Below are positions 1-9,066 of a stretch of DNA of 64,000 bases, one piece after another. Position numbers and translations under genes: made by a program. Origin of the DNA: Thermoprotei archaeon. GTDB lineage: Archaea; Thermoproteota; Thermoprotei; Thermoproteales; B15-G16. A model generated the notes under the pieces. The model saw only the letters and a program-made list of their open reading frames with translations, was not told where the DNA came from and searched no databases. Positions within the stretch are counted from its first letter, which is position 1. Every line of letters begins with the position of its first letter. Location: contig QMRC01000001.1 in the NCBI GenBank assembly GCA_003649205.1, forward strand, positions 308,624 to 372,623, written 5' to 3'.

Positions 1-876
1 AACTGGTGTACCTACGGTCTCAGCTTCTAGTGCTGTTATGGAAAATCCCTCTCTAAAGCTTGTAAGGACGTACACCCAGGAGCTTGAGAGTATTCTCCAC
101 TTCTCGAACTCGCTTACACACCACCTTAGCTCTAGTACATCCCCTATACCCCACTTCATAGCTAGTTCTCGTAATCTCGTGAACTCAACATAGTTGCCTC
201 TACCGGCTACTATGACCCTCAGCTCAGGTATGTGGGGTTTAAGTAGCTTTGTTAGGTAGAGTACGTGGTCTATGAACTTGTACCTCATTACTCGACCAAG
301 GTATGTGATTGTTGGTGTTGATGACTTTGGGTGTAGTTCTTTCGGTGAGTCAGTACAGGGATTGATTACGGTGATTCTACTTCGAGGTATACCATATCTA
401 CGCTGTACCTCACTCTTCACGTACCTCGATACTGTCACGAAGATGGCAGATCTATGGAGTGTAGTGAGTAGTTCACCTACGTAAGCTCCTACTGCTCTGT
501 GGAGTGGTTCCTCTATGAAGTACTGAAGAGTGTGGATGTGGTGAATCAGGAGTATTCGGTACCTACCGCAATTGAGTAATGTGGTGTTGTATGGTACACC
601 ACCTCCAAGACTCTCAATGACTACGTCTGGTCTCAAGCTCTTAGCTACGTAGGGAGCTACTAGGTGTATGCTGTACATGGTACCGCAGTGGTGTACAGGA
701 AGCTCGTACCCATCGATCTCTATCTTGTCGTGTACCTGCCCACACCTTGAGCACAGTAACGTAACTCTGTATCCCTGCTCTATCAGTGCTCTTGCTAAGT
801 TCCTGACGTAGTACTCAGCACCACCAGCTCGTGCATCGAGTAGGCACTTCCAGTTAATGATTAGTACCTTGACCAC
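1..876 (-). CDS. GT4-family glycosyltransferase (partial, runs off window)
   Basis: Manual translation from GTG at 876: MVKVLIINWKCLLDARAGGAEYYVRNLARALIEQGYRVTLL, a typical GT-B/GT4 N-terminus; overlaps the flippase stop. Confidence 0.8.
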   Translation of the reverse strand, partial: MVKVLIINWKCLLDARAGGAEYYVRNLARALIEQGYRVTLLCSRCGQVHDKIEIDGYELPVHHCGTMYSIHLVAPYVAKSLRPDVVIESLGGGVPYNTTLLNCGRYRILLIHHIHTLQYFIEEPLHRAVGAYVGELLTTLHRSAIFVTVSRYVKSEVQRRYGIPRSRITVINPCTDSPKELHPKSSTPTITYLGRVMRYKFIDHVLYLTKLLKPHIPELRVIVAGRGNYVEFTRLRELAMKWGIGDVLELRWCVSEFEKWRILSSSWVYVLTSFREGFSITALEAETVGTPV

Positions 877-2305
877 GAATCTTCCCTCTAGGTAGAATCA
901 CCATAGCTAATCTCACTACTAACGTCAGCACTCGTATTCCTAGCTTCTCAAGTAGTAACATCATTACTAGAGCTACGATTAGTGAGGTGAGTAGCTCTAA
1001 GTACATACTCTCGATAGGATTTAAGATGTACACTAGGTAGAGGAGTGCTGCCACTAATATCGAGGGAATCATTCGGAGCCAAGGTATTTCCATACCTAAC
1101 CTAGCTGCAACCAGCACAGCTATACCTGCGCCAAGGCTGAGACTTACAACTCTAGCATACGCAGCACCTATCGAACCTAGTGAAGGTACGAGAACTATGT
1201 ACAGTACTACCTGAAGTATACTAGATGGTAGAGCGTAGGTAAGTACTTGCTCTGGTCTAGATGCTATGTAGGATGATGACCACGCAACGTTCATTGCTAT
1301 TGCCAGTGGTATTGATGTAAGTAGTACCTGTATGAGTGGTATTGCTCTGAGGTACGTAGTACCTAGTAGAGATAGGAAGAATCTAGCAAGATAGAGCCCA
1401 ACAACCATCAACACCAGTGATAGACCTAGAGACAAACTTGCTACTTCACTATAGTTCGGTGATTTAGATCCGTCGCTCTCCGATGAACTACTCATGGGGA
1501 CTAGTAGTGTAGTTGCTAGTGTTGGTAGAAATGTCAGTGCCTGTGTGTAGGCTAGTGCTATGTAGAAGAGACCTGTCTCCTCACCACCATAGTACGATGA
1601 TACTAGGAGAACACCGAAGAGGGATGGCGATGCAGATACTACGTTAGGTAGGTACGTAGGTAAGGAGTACCTAAGTACTAGGTGGAAGTCTAGTCTACTA
1701 CTTTGTGGCAACAGGTGTATCAGTACTTCTCGAATGATTATTGTGTAGAGTATAGTGCCGAGAACTGTAGAGATCAAGTAACCCAGTACTACACCTAGAG
1801 CACCAAGCCCTATCACAGCTAGTGTACAGGCGGCTACAATCCTACATACCGCTACTACCACATCTATGGTAGCTACCTGAGTACACTTGAGTAGTGAAAT
1901 CCCGATGTACCTAGCTAGGTAACATATAGCATTCACTACTAGCCAGAGGGCTACAGCTACAATACATGTACGAGGTACGTTGAGTATGTGGGATATCGTG
2001 TGGGAGAATAGGTACAGTAGAGTAGCGGTTACTCCACTCGTTGTTAGTACTAGGATCGTTGATGTTGTAATTACCGTCTTTCTGTGTTCTTGATTTGGTA
2101 CGAATTTGAGTATTGGTCCGTGAATTCCTAGGTTTACGAGTAGTGAGAGTAGGTATAGGAGGCTAAAAGAGGCGGAAGCTACTCCAAGTACCTTGAGGGA
2201 TACTACCTTCGTTAGTATGAACCAGGTGAGGTACGAGAGTAGCATTGCAGTAGCTTGTGCTATGGATAGCACTAATGCTGACGACCACACACGTACTTCA
2301 CTCAA
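854..2305 (-). CDS. Oligosaccharide flippase (Wzx/MOP family)
   Basis: 483 aa, about 12-14 hydrophobic segments, adjacent to a glycosyltransferase. Confidence 0.8.
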   Translation of the reverse strand: MSEVRVWSSALVLSIAQATAMLLSYLTWFILTKVVSLKVLGVASASFSLLYLLSLLVNLGIHGPILKFVPNQEHRKTVITTSTILVLTTSGVTATLLYLFSHTISHILNVPRTCIVAVALWLVVNAICYLARYIGISLLKCTQVATIDVVVAVCRIVAACTLAVIGLGALGVVLGYLISTVLGTILYTIIIREVLIHLLPQSSRLDFHLVLRYSLPTYLPNVVSASPSLFGVLLVSSYYGGEETGLFYIALAYTQALTFLPTLATTLLVPMSSSSESDGSKSPNYSEVASLSLGLSLVLMVVGLYLARFFLSLLGTTYLRAIPLIQVLLTSIPLAIAMNVAWSSSYIASRPEQVLTYALPSSILQVVLYIVLVPSLGSIGAAYARVVSLSLGAGIAVLVAARLGMEIPWLRMIPSILVAALLYLVYILNPIESMYLELLTSLIVALVMMLLLEKLGIRVLTLVVRLAMVILPRGKIRGQGTNH

Positions 2306-2373
2306 GTGATTGTACCTCCAGTACTTAGGTAGTGAAGCTATGTGTCTCTAGCATGTTGGTGAATTTAAGAGTT

Positions 2374-2422
2374 TCAGTGCTGCCCACCTTCTTCATCAAT
2401 CTGACTGAGATAGATTCATCAC
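2374..2422 (-). ncRNA. Box C/D guide sRNA
   Basis: GTGATGA-atctatctcagt-CAGA-t-TGATGA-agaaggtgggcagca-CTGA; intergenic. Confidence 0.75.
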
Positions 2423-2484
2423 TGAACGTAGTCTCGATGCTAAGGTTTATAACTTAACTCCTCCACTAAGCACATTAGCTCTCG

Positions 2485-2754
2485 GTGTTGGGTGATTTTG
2501 TGAAGCAGATTGTTAGGGAGTACTTAACTAGGTTGATTTGGGATTCAGGTATTGTGAGGAGTGACTACGTATTTACCTATGTGTGTAGGGGTGAGGTAGG
2601 TGATAGAGCTGAGTTCTCTGGTGATCAAGTGATTAAGGTTGGTAAGTCCTATGTCGTTATCCAGACTAGTACTGGGTTAAGGAGCATTCCTCTTCACAGA
2701 ATTGTCGAGATTAGGTATCGTGGTAGAGTTGTATGGCGATCACCTAGGTTCTAG
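2485..2754 (+). CDS. DUF504/MJ1316-like RNA-repair domain protein
   Basis: REYLTRLIWD...IPLHRIVEIRYRGRVVW motif. Confidence 0.75.
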   Translation: MLGDFVKQIVREYLTRLIWDSGIVRSDYVFTYVCRGEVGDRAEFSGDQVIKVGKSYVVIQTSTGLRSIPLHRIVEIRYRGRVVWRSPRF

Positions 2755-2755
2755 A

Positions 2756-2804
2756 TCAGTCTAGAGACACCTCTTCACCTATCTGTGAGGTGCGGCTTCA
2801 TCAC
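2756..2804 (-). ncRNA. Box C/D guide sRNA
   Basis: GTGATGA-agccgcacctca-CAGA-tag-GTGAAGA-ggtgtctctaga-CTGA; 12-nt guides, short terminal stem. Confidence 0.85.
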
Positions 2805-2887
2805 CTACGTACTGTGTTAATCATTGTAGAGATTACCTGTCGCAACATAGGTTCTACGTAGAGATTTTAATCACTACTGAGATACTG

Positions 2888-3685
2888 GTGATGGTGAGGC
2901 TGTTGAGTGCTCAGGATAGGTACGATCCCATTGATAGAGCTAGGGTAGTTTACTCAATTGTGTGTAGATCGGTAGGTGATGTTGAGGAGAGGAAGTACTA
3001 TAGATTTCGTGGTGGCTTATGGTATGGTGGGATTGCGACTGCTGATTGCGTTGGTTGTAATTTGCTCTGTAGATTTTGTTGGGGTTGGAGGACTAGAGAT
3101 AGGTTTGATAAGGTTGGTTCATTTTACTCACCTCAGGTAGTTGCTGAGAAGCTAATCTCAATAGCTAGGAGGTATGGGTATAGGAGGGTTCGTATTAGTG
3201 GTGGTGAACCAACTATATCTAGGAAGCACTTGATACAGGTTCTCCAGTGTTTAAATGAGAGGGTACCTGATTTACTATTCATACTTGAGACGAATGGTGT
3301 ATTGATTGGTGCTGATCCCTCGTATGCTAGGGAGTTAGCTCAGTTCAAAAACATTCATGTTAGGGTTTCGTTGAAGGGTTGCTGTCCTGAAGAGTTTGAG
3401 CTGTTGACAGGTGCAAGAAAGGAGTTCTTTGAGTACCAGCTAAGAGCACTGAAGTACTTACTCGATGCAGGCGTCCCATGTCATCCCGCTGTGATGATTA
3501 GCTTCAGTACGAGGGAAAGTATGGAGTACCTCATCAGCAAACTCATGGAGATCGATGAGAGGTTAGTTTCCGAGGTTGAGGAGGAGTATGTAATCCTGTA
3601 CCCGCATGTCCTCGAGATCATGAAGAGGTATGGACTTAAACCTCGAGTAGCTATAAGACCTAATGGAACAGTAGTCAAATCATAG
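2888..3685 (+). CDS. Radical SAM protein
   Basis: CNLLCRFC (CxxxCxxC), ISGGEP, LETNG. Confidence 0.9.
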   Translation: MMVRLLSAQDRYDPIDRARVVYSIVCRSVGDVEERKYYRFRGGLWYGGIATADCVGCNLLCRFCWGWRTRDRFDKVGSFYSPQVVAEKLISIARRYGYRRVRISGGEPTISRKHLIQVLQCLNERVPDLLFILETNGVLIGADPSYARELAQFKNIHVRVSLKGCCPEEFELLTGARKEFFEYQLRALKYLLDAGVPCHPAVMISFSTRESMEYLISKLMEIDERLVSEVEEEYVILYPHVLEIMKRYGLKPRVAIRPNGTVVKS

Positions 3686-3701
3686 CACGTTACTGGTTTA
3701 A

Positions 3702-4706
3702 TTGCGAGGCACCTACATGACATCTAAGCTACCGCATCTCAAGCTAAGTATCTACGGTCTAAGGATTAGGTTTGTTAATCGTGAGCACGAGGTAAGGTAC
3801 CTACTTGAACTTCTTGATAGGAGATATGCTTTTCCACTAGCTATATACGGTCCAGAGGGTTGCGGTAAGACTACACTACTGAAGTACCTAGGCCTAGTAC
3901 TTGAGTCACTACCCAATACAACCTTCATATATGTTGATGCTCTCGAACAACAAGACATTAAGAGAGCACTGACACTTAGAGACAAGTATCTTTGGGAGCT
4001 AGTTGAGGATTTAATTCACGAAGTCCCTGTAGGTAAGAGCATTGCTTTAAGCATAATGAAGCTTATTCGAGAGTACGCACAGAGGAGAGGGTTGAGAGGT
4101 AGAAAGATCGTGGTTGCTGTTGATGATGCCTACGAAGCTATTGGTCTAGAGAACGTTACTAGGTACACGAAGTCTATGTACGAGTGGATTAAGGTACTGT
4201 ACGAGGAGTTTTATGTTGACTCTGTACTCATACTGCTAACTACATCAGAGGGAAGGTCGAAGAGAGTACTGTCAAGACATACCTATGTACATACCTACAT
4301 GATCTGGAACCTACCGAGAAAAGGATTTGAGGAACTTGTAGAGCAGTTTTCACCACCTCACTCCACTGACTACCTATGGTCATTAACAGGAGGTAATCCA
4401 AGAGCATTGATTGAGTTGATGTTGATGAAATGGGATGTAGATAGGTGGATTAGCAGTATTGTGGAGTCGAGAATTCGTAAGGTATTACGGGAATTTCCAG
4501 CTAGTAGACTTAGGGCTGTTATTGAGGACCCTGATGCAGATCCTGAAGTTGCTGAGAAGCTAGAGGATTGTGGGCTCATGATTGAGTTGAGAAGAGTCAT
4601 GACTATTAGTGAGGTACCTGAGAGATGCCCTGAGCTAGGTATAGGGTATGAGTGGGCTTGGCAGATACCTGCATACAAGTATGCTCTATCAAGGGTCCTG
4701 AAGTAG
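3702..4706 (+). CDS. Archaeal P-loop ATPase (ATPase_2/AAA family)
   Basis: FVNRE, Walker A GPEGCGKT, Walker B VVAVDD, TGGNPR. Confidence 0.85.
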   Translation: MRGTYMTSKLPHLKLSIYGLRIRFVNREHEVRYLLELLDRRYAFPLAIYGPEGCGKTTLLKYLGLVLESLPNTTFIYVDALEQQDIKRALTLRDKYLWELVEDLIHEVPVGKSIALSIMKLIREYAQRRGLRGRKIVVAVDDAYEAIGLENVTRYTKSMYEWIKVLYEEFYVDSVLILLTTSEGRSKRVLSRHTYVHTYMIWNLPRKGFEELVEQFSPPHSTDYLWSLTGGNPRALIELMLMKWDVDRWISSIVESRIRKVLREFPASRLRAVIEDPDADPEVAEKLEDCGLMIELRRVMTISEVPERCPELGIGYEWAWQIPAYKYALSRVLK

Positions 4707-4956
4707 AGTACTGATCACTTCCTTCTCACTAGGTATCTCAGTAGACAAACCTCTAAATCCCATGGTGTATGCTGCAGCTACTGCAAGTGCTTAGCTATCA
4801 GTGCTAAAGTCATGAACACTACAAGCATCTTCCTCATCAATTTTACGTAGATCCACCTTGAGTCAACTCAGTAACTGAACCGTAATTTTCGCTTCTGTTC
4901 AGATAATATCTGAGTTAGTTCAATGATGAAGTTCAATTAAGTTCTCTTAACCACTC

Positions 4957-5532
4957 TTGATTACCCCCAATTTCAAGATTTCAAGTATGTTGAGTAAGCT
5001 ATTTAAGGAGGGAGCTAGCTGTCTGCGAGGGATTCTCGTGATTACAATCTATAGAGATCTCGTCCGTAAAACCTATACCTTTGGAAGAATATTGATTTTA
5101 ACTATTGAGATTGTTGCAATCTCTATAGTTATCGTCATGATAGGTTTCACGGCTTACTACGTGGTCTGTGATCTCCTTGATCTAGCTCTTGAGGGTGGTG
5201 GTGTTGACAAGATCCAGCTACTTGTAAGTGACGTCTTCCTACTAATAATACTAGCTGAGATAGTACGTAGCTTCCTAGAAGCATATAGGAGACCTGAGAT
5301 GTATATTGTTGGTGTTACTGAGGTTGGTCTTGTAGTTGCTATTCGAGAGATTGTTTTATGTGCTATAACAGGTTCGCTCTACGATATGTTGCTTGCTAGC
5401 CTAGCTGCTCTAGTCCTAGCTGGTGCGCTCTGGATACTTGTAACGCACGTTGTTAAGAGTAGCCACTACTCAGCACTTGGTGAAGGAATTAGGGAGAAGG
5501 GTAAAGAGAAAGAAAGAACCTCCTCAATGTAG
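4957..5532 (+). CDS. PsiE-like membrane protein (true start probably downstream)
   Basis: 4 TM segments; LLIILAEIVRSF and VVAIREIV motifs. Confidence 0.65.
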   Translation: MITPNFKISSMLSKLFKEGASCLRGILVITIYRDLVRKTYTFGRILILTIEIVAISIVIVMIGFTAYYVVCDLLDLALEGGGVDKIQLLVSDVFLLIILAEIVRSFLEAYRRPEMYIVGVTEVGLVVAIREIVLCAITGSLYDMLLASLAALVLAGALWILVTHVVKSSHYSALGEGIREKGKEKERTSSM

Positions 5533-5577
5533 TTAGCCGCTTTGGAAGGACTAAGTGAATTTCTTTGAGTTGGTGTA

Positions 5578-5627
5578 GCGATGATGGGTTACATGAAGTT
5601 ACAAGTGATGGATCTCCAATAGTCTGA
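5578..5627 (+). ncRNA. Possible degenerate box C/D sRNA
   Basis: GCGATGA...ATGA...GTGATGG-atctccaatagt-CTGA; first guide is short. Confidence 0.3.
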
Positions 5628-5670
5628 TCTGTGGTGTATGGGACAGCTGATTATTAGGAGTAGAGGAGCG

Positions 5671-5723
5671 TCAGAGTACCGTGAGCTCGTCACCTATCTA
5701 GCATAGGGGAGTGAAGTCATCAT
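5671..5723 (-). ncRNA. Box C/D guide sRNA targeting 23S rRNA domain I
   Basis: ATGATGA-cttcactcccctatgc-TAGA-tag-GTGACGA-gctcacggtact-CTGA; guides complementary to conserved 23S AGUACCGUGAG and AGGGGAGUGAA. Confidence 0.9.
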
Positions 5724-5750
5724 CCAGGAAGAACTACTTGATAGAGGGTA

Positions 5751-6548
5751 TTAATGTACCTTGCTCCACCTACCATCGACCAATTTGTACAGACTCACAT
5801 CAACTACTCGACCTAATTCGAATCTCAGTACACAGGCAGTAAGGGATGGATTTACTCTAAGTACCTTCCTCATCCATGAACCACAGTTAACGACTTTACT
5901 ACCGTAGTCTATACCAGATATGTGCGTGTGACCCATTATCAACCAATCACCTCTACCTAGCTTCAGTACGCTACGTCCTAACTTCTCCAGAAATAGGTCA
6001 CCGAATACCCTGTTAATTACGTGAGCTACAAAACCATTCCTACACAGATAATCTCCGTGAAGTACGTATACTCTCGACCTATCTACCTCAAGAACTAGAA
6101 TACCTTCAACAATGAGAATATTCACTCCACGTACTTTGACTACCGTACTTGAGTTCCAGAGATCGTAGTCGTGAGAGGACATCGATAGTACGTGAACTAC
6201 GAAGTTAATTGAGTTCCATAGGTTGAGTGCGGTAAGAGCTCTCTCATACATGTCAACTAGTTCCTGAGGTGTAGTAACTCTCCTCCTCTCCTCAAATAGG
6301 TCACCTGCTACTATAAGTGCTGTTGCATTGACCTTCCTACAGAGATCACCTATGTACTTGATCTCAGGTACTGAGTACCAGAGATGTACATCAGATACTA
6401 CAACATACGTACCTGAACCACTTAACTTGAGAATAAACGTACTTGGAAACCAGTACCTAGTTACCCAGGGAAAACACCAGAGAGAGTAGGTTATCGCCGC
6501 TACAGCAATAGCGATTAAAGTAGCTACAGGTAGGAGATGTAGCTTCAT
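5751..6548 (-). CDS. Membrane-anchored calcineurin-like metallophosphoesterase
   Basis: SDVH, GDLF, HGD, GHTH, NCGSW motifs; N-terminal TM. Confidence 0.85.
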   Translation of the reverse strand: MKLHLLPVATLIAIAVAAITYSLWCFPWVTRYWFPSTFILKLSGSGTYVVVSDVHLWYSVPEIKYIGDLCRKVNATALIVAGDLFEERRRVTTPQELVDMYERALTALNLWNSINFVVHVLSMSSHDYDLWNSSTVVKVRGVNILIVEGILVLEVDRSRVYVLHGDYLCRNGFVAHVINRVFGDLFLEKLGRSVLKLGRGDWLIMGHTHISGIDYGSKVVNCGSWMRKVLRVNPSLTACVLRFELGRVVDVSLYKLVDGRWSKVH

Positions 6549-6640
6549 AAACTCACCACGTGAGCACTAGACATGTACTTAAGGTAAATATAAAGGTAAA
6601 TACAAAAAGTAGATGTAGATGTCTTCAAACAGGTAACTCG

Positions 6641-6692
6641 GTGATGAGGGGTAGCAAAGCTGAGATCAGTTGATGAACCCTAGTGTAACTGA
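6641..6692 (+). ncRNA. Box C/D guide sRNA, probably targeting 16S rRNA
   Basis: GTGATGA-ggggtagcaaag-CTGA-gatcagt-TGATGA-accctagtgtaa-CTGA; guides complementary to crenarchaeal 16S UUGCUACCC and ACACUAGGG. Confidence 0.9.
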
Positions 6693-6744
6693 CCTACCTA
6701 AGAGTCTTACGAGAAACACTATGTTCCTGTACTTACTCACACAA

Positions 6745-7539
6745 TTAATAGATCGTTTGAAGTACGACAACTATACCAACAGCACTGATAGCTACTCCAT
6801 AAGCTATCCTCAGTATCCAGGCCTGTGTCACCTTAGCTGCCTTAGCACCTAACCAACTGAAGAGAAGAGTGACAAGACCTACACCAATGAATGCTAATGC
6901 ATTGAAGTACCCATGGAGTGCTAAGTTCATAGCACCTACACCACCTGTCAGTATCATCATAGCGCTTGACGTACCTACTGCTATGTGTACAGGGTACTTC
7001 ATTAAGTCAGCAAGTATAGGTACGTAGTATATACCACCACCGAAACCACAGAGACCTGTTGCAACACCTGCACCATACATTGAACCTACTAGTTTGCAAC
7101 CTATCGGTAATCTACCGACTTGATCAATGGTTATCCTAGGTGGTATCTTCCCTCTAGTCTTCAATGTTCTCAAAATAACGTAGATACCGATTATAGCACA
7201 AGCAATACCGAATATCAACCTCAGTACAAGTCTAGGAGTGTAGACCACTAACTGAGTTCCAGTAATGACTCCTAATGTAGCTGATATACCTGCAATGACA
7301 GCACCTCTAACGTACACGTGTCTGTTCCTGTAGTGAACCACTACACCCGGTATGGTTGTTAACGCTATGACAGCCATGTTAACACAGTAAGCCTCCTTTA
7401 TACTCAAACCAAGTAACCACATCATTAGTGGTATTCTCAAGAAACATCCACCAACCCCTAGCCACGTAGCTAGGAAACCAGCTACAGCACCTATGAGCAA
7501 TACGCTAAGTACATAGCTTAGGAGGTCCATAGTACTCAC
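6745..7539 (-). CDS. TauE/SafE-family sulfite exporter
   Basis: Two repeats (LGVGG and CGFGGG..VP), AVGTS; 8 TM. Confidence 0.85.
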   Translation of the reverse strand: MSTMDLLSYVLSVLLIGAVAGFLATWLGVGGCFLRIPLMMWLLGLSIKEAYCVNMAVIALTTIPGVVVHYRNRHVYVRGAVIAGISATLGVITGTQLVVYTPRLVLRLIFGIACAIIGIYVILRTLKTRGKIPPRITIDQVGRLPIGCKLVGSMYGAGVATGLCGFGGGIYYVPILADLMKYPVHIAVGTSSAMMILTGGVGAMNLALHGYFNALAFIGVGLVTLLFSWLGAKAAKVTQAWILRIAYGVAISAVGIVVVLQTIY

Positions 7540-7578
7540 CGGAGTCAGGTGCGATGTAGGTAAAGTTCTTTTAGCCTA

Positions 7579-8172
7579 GTGTTTCAACTTGAAACCGTGT
7601 TTAGTGATCGAAATTCTGTGCTCGTGATAAGGGATAGGTGCTTGAAGTTGCTTAGGTTATTTTGTAGTGATGTTAGGAAGTCCTTCACAAAGCTAGGTAG
7701 AGAACTAGGTTTAAGTCATACTGCTGTAAGAAAATGTTACCTCAAACTACTTGAGCTAGGTATCATGAAACCAACGACATTGGTGAACTACAGAGCCTTC
7801 GAATTAAGACTTCTCCTTTTAACTCTACTCATGTCTAAGTTACCTGAGTGGCTTACTTCATGTCCGAGAATCCTACTATTCTGTACCGTGGACGATGGTG
7901 CTAATCTCGCTCTTGTACTTGCTGAGAGCTGGAAAGTACGTGAAGTCCTGGAGAAGAGAAGTTGCTCAATTACATCAAGTAACTGGGTTAGAGAGGTGCG
8001 GATCAACGAAGTACGTAGGTTACTGCCACAGTACGTATATCCAAAATTCCTTGAAGTTGGTAGCGAGGAAGTTTGTCCTTGCGGTCAGAGGTGTGACCAG
8101 TGCCCTGAATACGATCTCGGATGTCCTGGCTGTCCAGCAACAGTATGGTACAGAGGAGTACTCAGAAATTAG
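7579..8172 (+). CDS. Lrp/AsnC-family regulator with C-terminal Cys cluster
   Basis: HTH DVRKSFTKLGRELGLSHTAVRK; C-terminal CPCGQRCDQC...CPGCP. Confidence 0.75.
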   Translation: MFQLETVFSDRNSVLVIRDRCLKLLRLFCSDVRKSFTKLGRELGLSHTAVRKCYLKLLELGIMKPTTLVNYRAFELRLLLLTLLMSKLPEWLTSCPRILLFCTVDDGANLALVLAESWKVREVLEKRSCSITSSNWVREVRINEVRRLLPQYVYPKFLEVGSEEVCPCGQRCDQCPEYDLGCPGCPATVWYRGVLRN

Positions 8173-8235
8173 CATCAGACCACATCTCGCAACGTACATC
8201 TAAGGTACTGATATTGCACCGTAAAGTCAAGTGAT

Positions 8236-8830
8236 GTGAGGTACATCTTGAGAATTGGTACAGGGATTTTAGTCGTGGTCATTGCTGGTATAGTAAGCAC
8301 AGTATCAAATGTTGCACCACGGAAAAGTGTGGATAGCACTCAGTACAGTACGGTGATTGTAGTCATGATAGCACTCCAGATACTCATACCATCTTTACCT
8401 GATCTCCTCCTATTCAAGTGAGCTGTTGATGTACTAATCAATACCTTTCACGAGGTAAAGGAAAGGGTAAGAGAAAAACCAGATAGCAACTTCATTCTAT
8501 GGAATGCTCCAGCCAATTTGTTTAGAGGCATCTGTGAGGGATTTAGCAAGTAGGGACTACGATATGCATTTGATAAGCACTTCGAGAAGCTAGGTAGCAG
8601 TGCTCTTGAGAAAAGAAAGAAGGAACTCATGAGGAAAGCACGAGGAGGAACGATAACACTTGAGGAAGCTCGTGAACTAGAGCAACTACTAAGGGAGCAG
8701 AAGGAAAAAGTGAGCGAAGGGAGAATATTGTTGGGGCAGCACTCATTAGCTCAGCCATTCTCTTCGTCTTAGGAATAGTATCAACTCTTATCTCTCAGAG
8801 AGGAGGAGTTAGAGAAGTCAAGCACATAAC
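8236..8830 (+). pseudogene. Decayed membrane-protein gene
   Basis: Protein-like frame continues through TGA (8419) and TAG (8551), then frameshifts into a hydrophobic tail. Confidence 0.5.
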
Positions 8831-9066
8831 CCACATTTGTGCTACCAACACTTTTTCATGGCTATGATATAGAGCTACCACTACATCCGAGAAAACACTT
8901 GAATAAGTAAAGTAGATTTAACGAGATACGAATTACCATAGGAGAACAAGAAACTACTTCAGCAACAGCAAAGTGCTACATAAAGGGAAAAAGAAACAAA
9001 GTTTTCCTAACTCCACCTCTCCTTCCCTATACCTAATCCCTGTACTTGCTAATGCACTAGTAAGCT

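Noticed and set aside
6670-6852. 60-aa ORF
   Set aside because: Starts within the C' box of an sRNA and runs antisense to the TauE gene
8419-8553. Stop-codon recoding (Sec/Pyl)
   Set aside because: Two different stops plus a frameshift in one gene indicate decay; no recoding machinery in the window
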